In this document: in pieces, positions 63,471-64,000 of the stretch
How positions within the stretch are numbered: position 1 is the first letter of the stretch
Layout: each line of letters begins with the position of its first letter
Origin: Pelomyxa schiedti
Taxonomy: Eukaryota > Protista > Evosea
Assembly: GCA_020536535.1 (NCBI GenBank)
Contig: JAHLWZ010000582.1
Location: 1-64,000 of the forward strand
Reading direction: 5' to 3'
DNA: 64,000 bases
Translations under genes and position numbers: made by a program
The notes under the pieces: generated by a model
Seen by the model: the letters and a program-made list of their open reading frames with translations, nothing else
Told to the model about the DNA's origin: nothing
Databases searched by the model: none

Positions 63471-64000
63471 ATGTGCGATGGGGGTAGAAATGTGCGGTTT
63501 CTCAGCAAGGAAGATCAACTAAGAACAGGCCTCACTCCCAAGGATGTAATCGCAGCCGTAGAGCACGGTTTTCGCCTCAAATCCGTAGGAAAGGTGCGTC
63601 ATACCTTCCTTTCCTTTTCAAAAACGTCGTTTTTTTGTCTTTTTTTTTTTTCCCCCTATTTCACGCTTCGCCCACTTTTCGTTCTTTTTGGTTTTGGAAA
63701 TGGCGCCCTTGGTGACATTCGACCGCAGGTGGAAATGCCACCCAAACTAGGTCTGCACCCAAGGCCAGAGTGCTTCTCACATGCCATGCCGTGCTACGTA
63801 GGTGGCGAGATTGACGTTTCTTGCACAAAGTGGATCAGTGTGTACAGTGGGGGGCCGTCCAGTGTTATTTCTGGTAGTCACTCGACAGATTCATCTTCTT
63901 CTTCCTCCTCCTCTTCATCTTCTCGTGAGTCTAGCCAGCCCGCACAACCTGCGTCGTTGTCTCCACCTACGTGCTGTAGAACCAGTGGTGTAATTATCTT
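63471..64000 (+). CDS. Ornithine cyclodeaminase / mu-crystallin / alanine dehydrogenase family protein (5' part, truncated by window)
   Basis: MCDGGRNVRFLSKEDQLRTGLTPKDVIAAVEHGFRLKSVGK|VEMPPKLGLHPRPECFSHAMPCYVGGEIDVSCTKWISVYSG..SGVII; not represented in the ORF track. Confidence 0.85.
   Translation, partial: MCDGGRNVRFLSKEDQLRTGLTPKDVIAAVEHGFRLKSVGKVRHTFLSFSKTSFFCLFFFSPYFTLRPLFVLFGFGNGALGDIRPQVEMPPKLGLHPRPECFSHAMPCYVGGEIDVSCTKWISVYSGGPSSVISGSHSTDSSSSSSSSSSSRESSQPAQPASLSPPTCCRTSGVII

Noticed and set aside
1-64000. Alternative genetic code or widespread pseudogenisation suggested by fragmented ORFs
   Set aside because: Stops and frame changes are resolved by short canonical GT-AG introns in the genes I could splice; TAA and TGA act as normal stops; only the DsbA TGA is retained in an exon
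1-64000. CRISPR arrays, transposons, rRNA or tRNA genes
   Set aside because: No spaced direct repeats, transposase/RT motifs, terminal repeats or recognisable structural RNA signatures seen by eye; a covariance-model search was not possible

Overview
Gene-dense eukaryotic DNA with many short GT-AG introns (mostly about 30-60 nt) and intergenic spacers of usually 100-300 bp, so the ORF track shows only exon fragments. I spliced genes by eye; boundaries are approximate where stated. Gene content (CARMIL, CudA-like factors, several Ras/Rab GTPases, a ferredoxin-fused dihydropyrimidine dehydrogenase, bacterial-type enzymes) suggests an anaerobic amoebozoan such as a Pelomyxa-like archamoeba (inference). 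About 31 protein-coding genes are present; I saw no rRNA, tRNA, CRISPR array or mobile element. Highlights: (1) a CBM20-PH-Ser/Thr linker protein carrying nine tandem FMN-binding split-barrel (PNPOx/GSP26-like) domains with repeated intron positions (38171-43949); (2) a FrnE/DsbA-like selenoprotein (U-P-W-C) invisible to the ORF track, whose 3'UTR SECIS becomes canonical only if a 19-nt GT..AG segment is spliced out or extruded as a hairpin; (3) a 3-hydroxyacyl-CoA-dehydrogenase-like NAD-binding domain fused to a RING finger; (4) an LRR-Ras fusion with an altered P-loop; (5) two divergent CudA-like paralogs; (6) a Cys-repeat chitin deacetylase plus a GH2 exo-beta-D-glucosaminidase.
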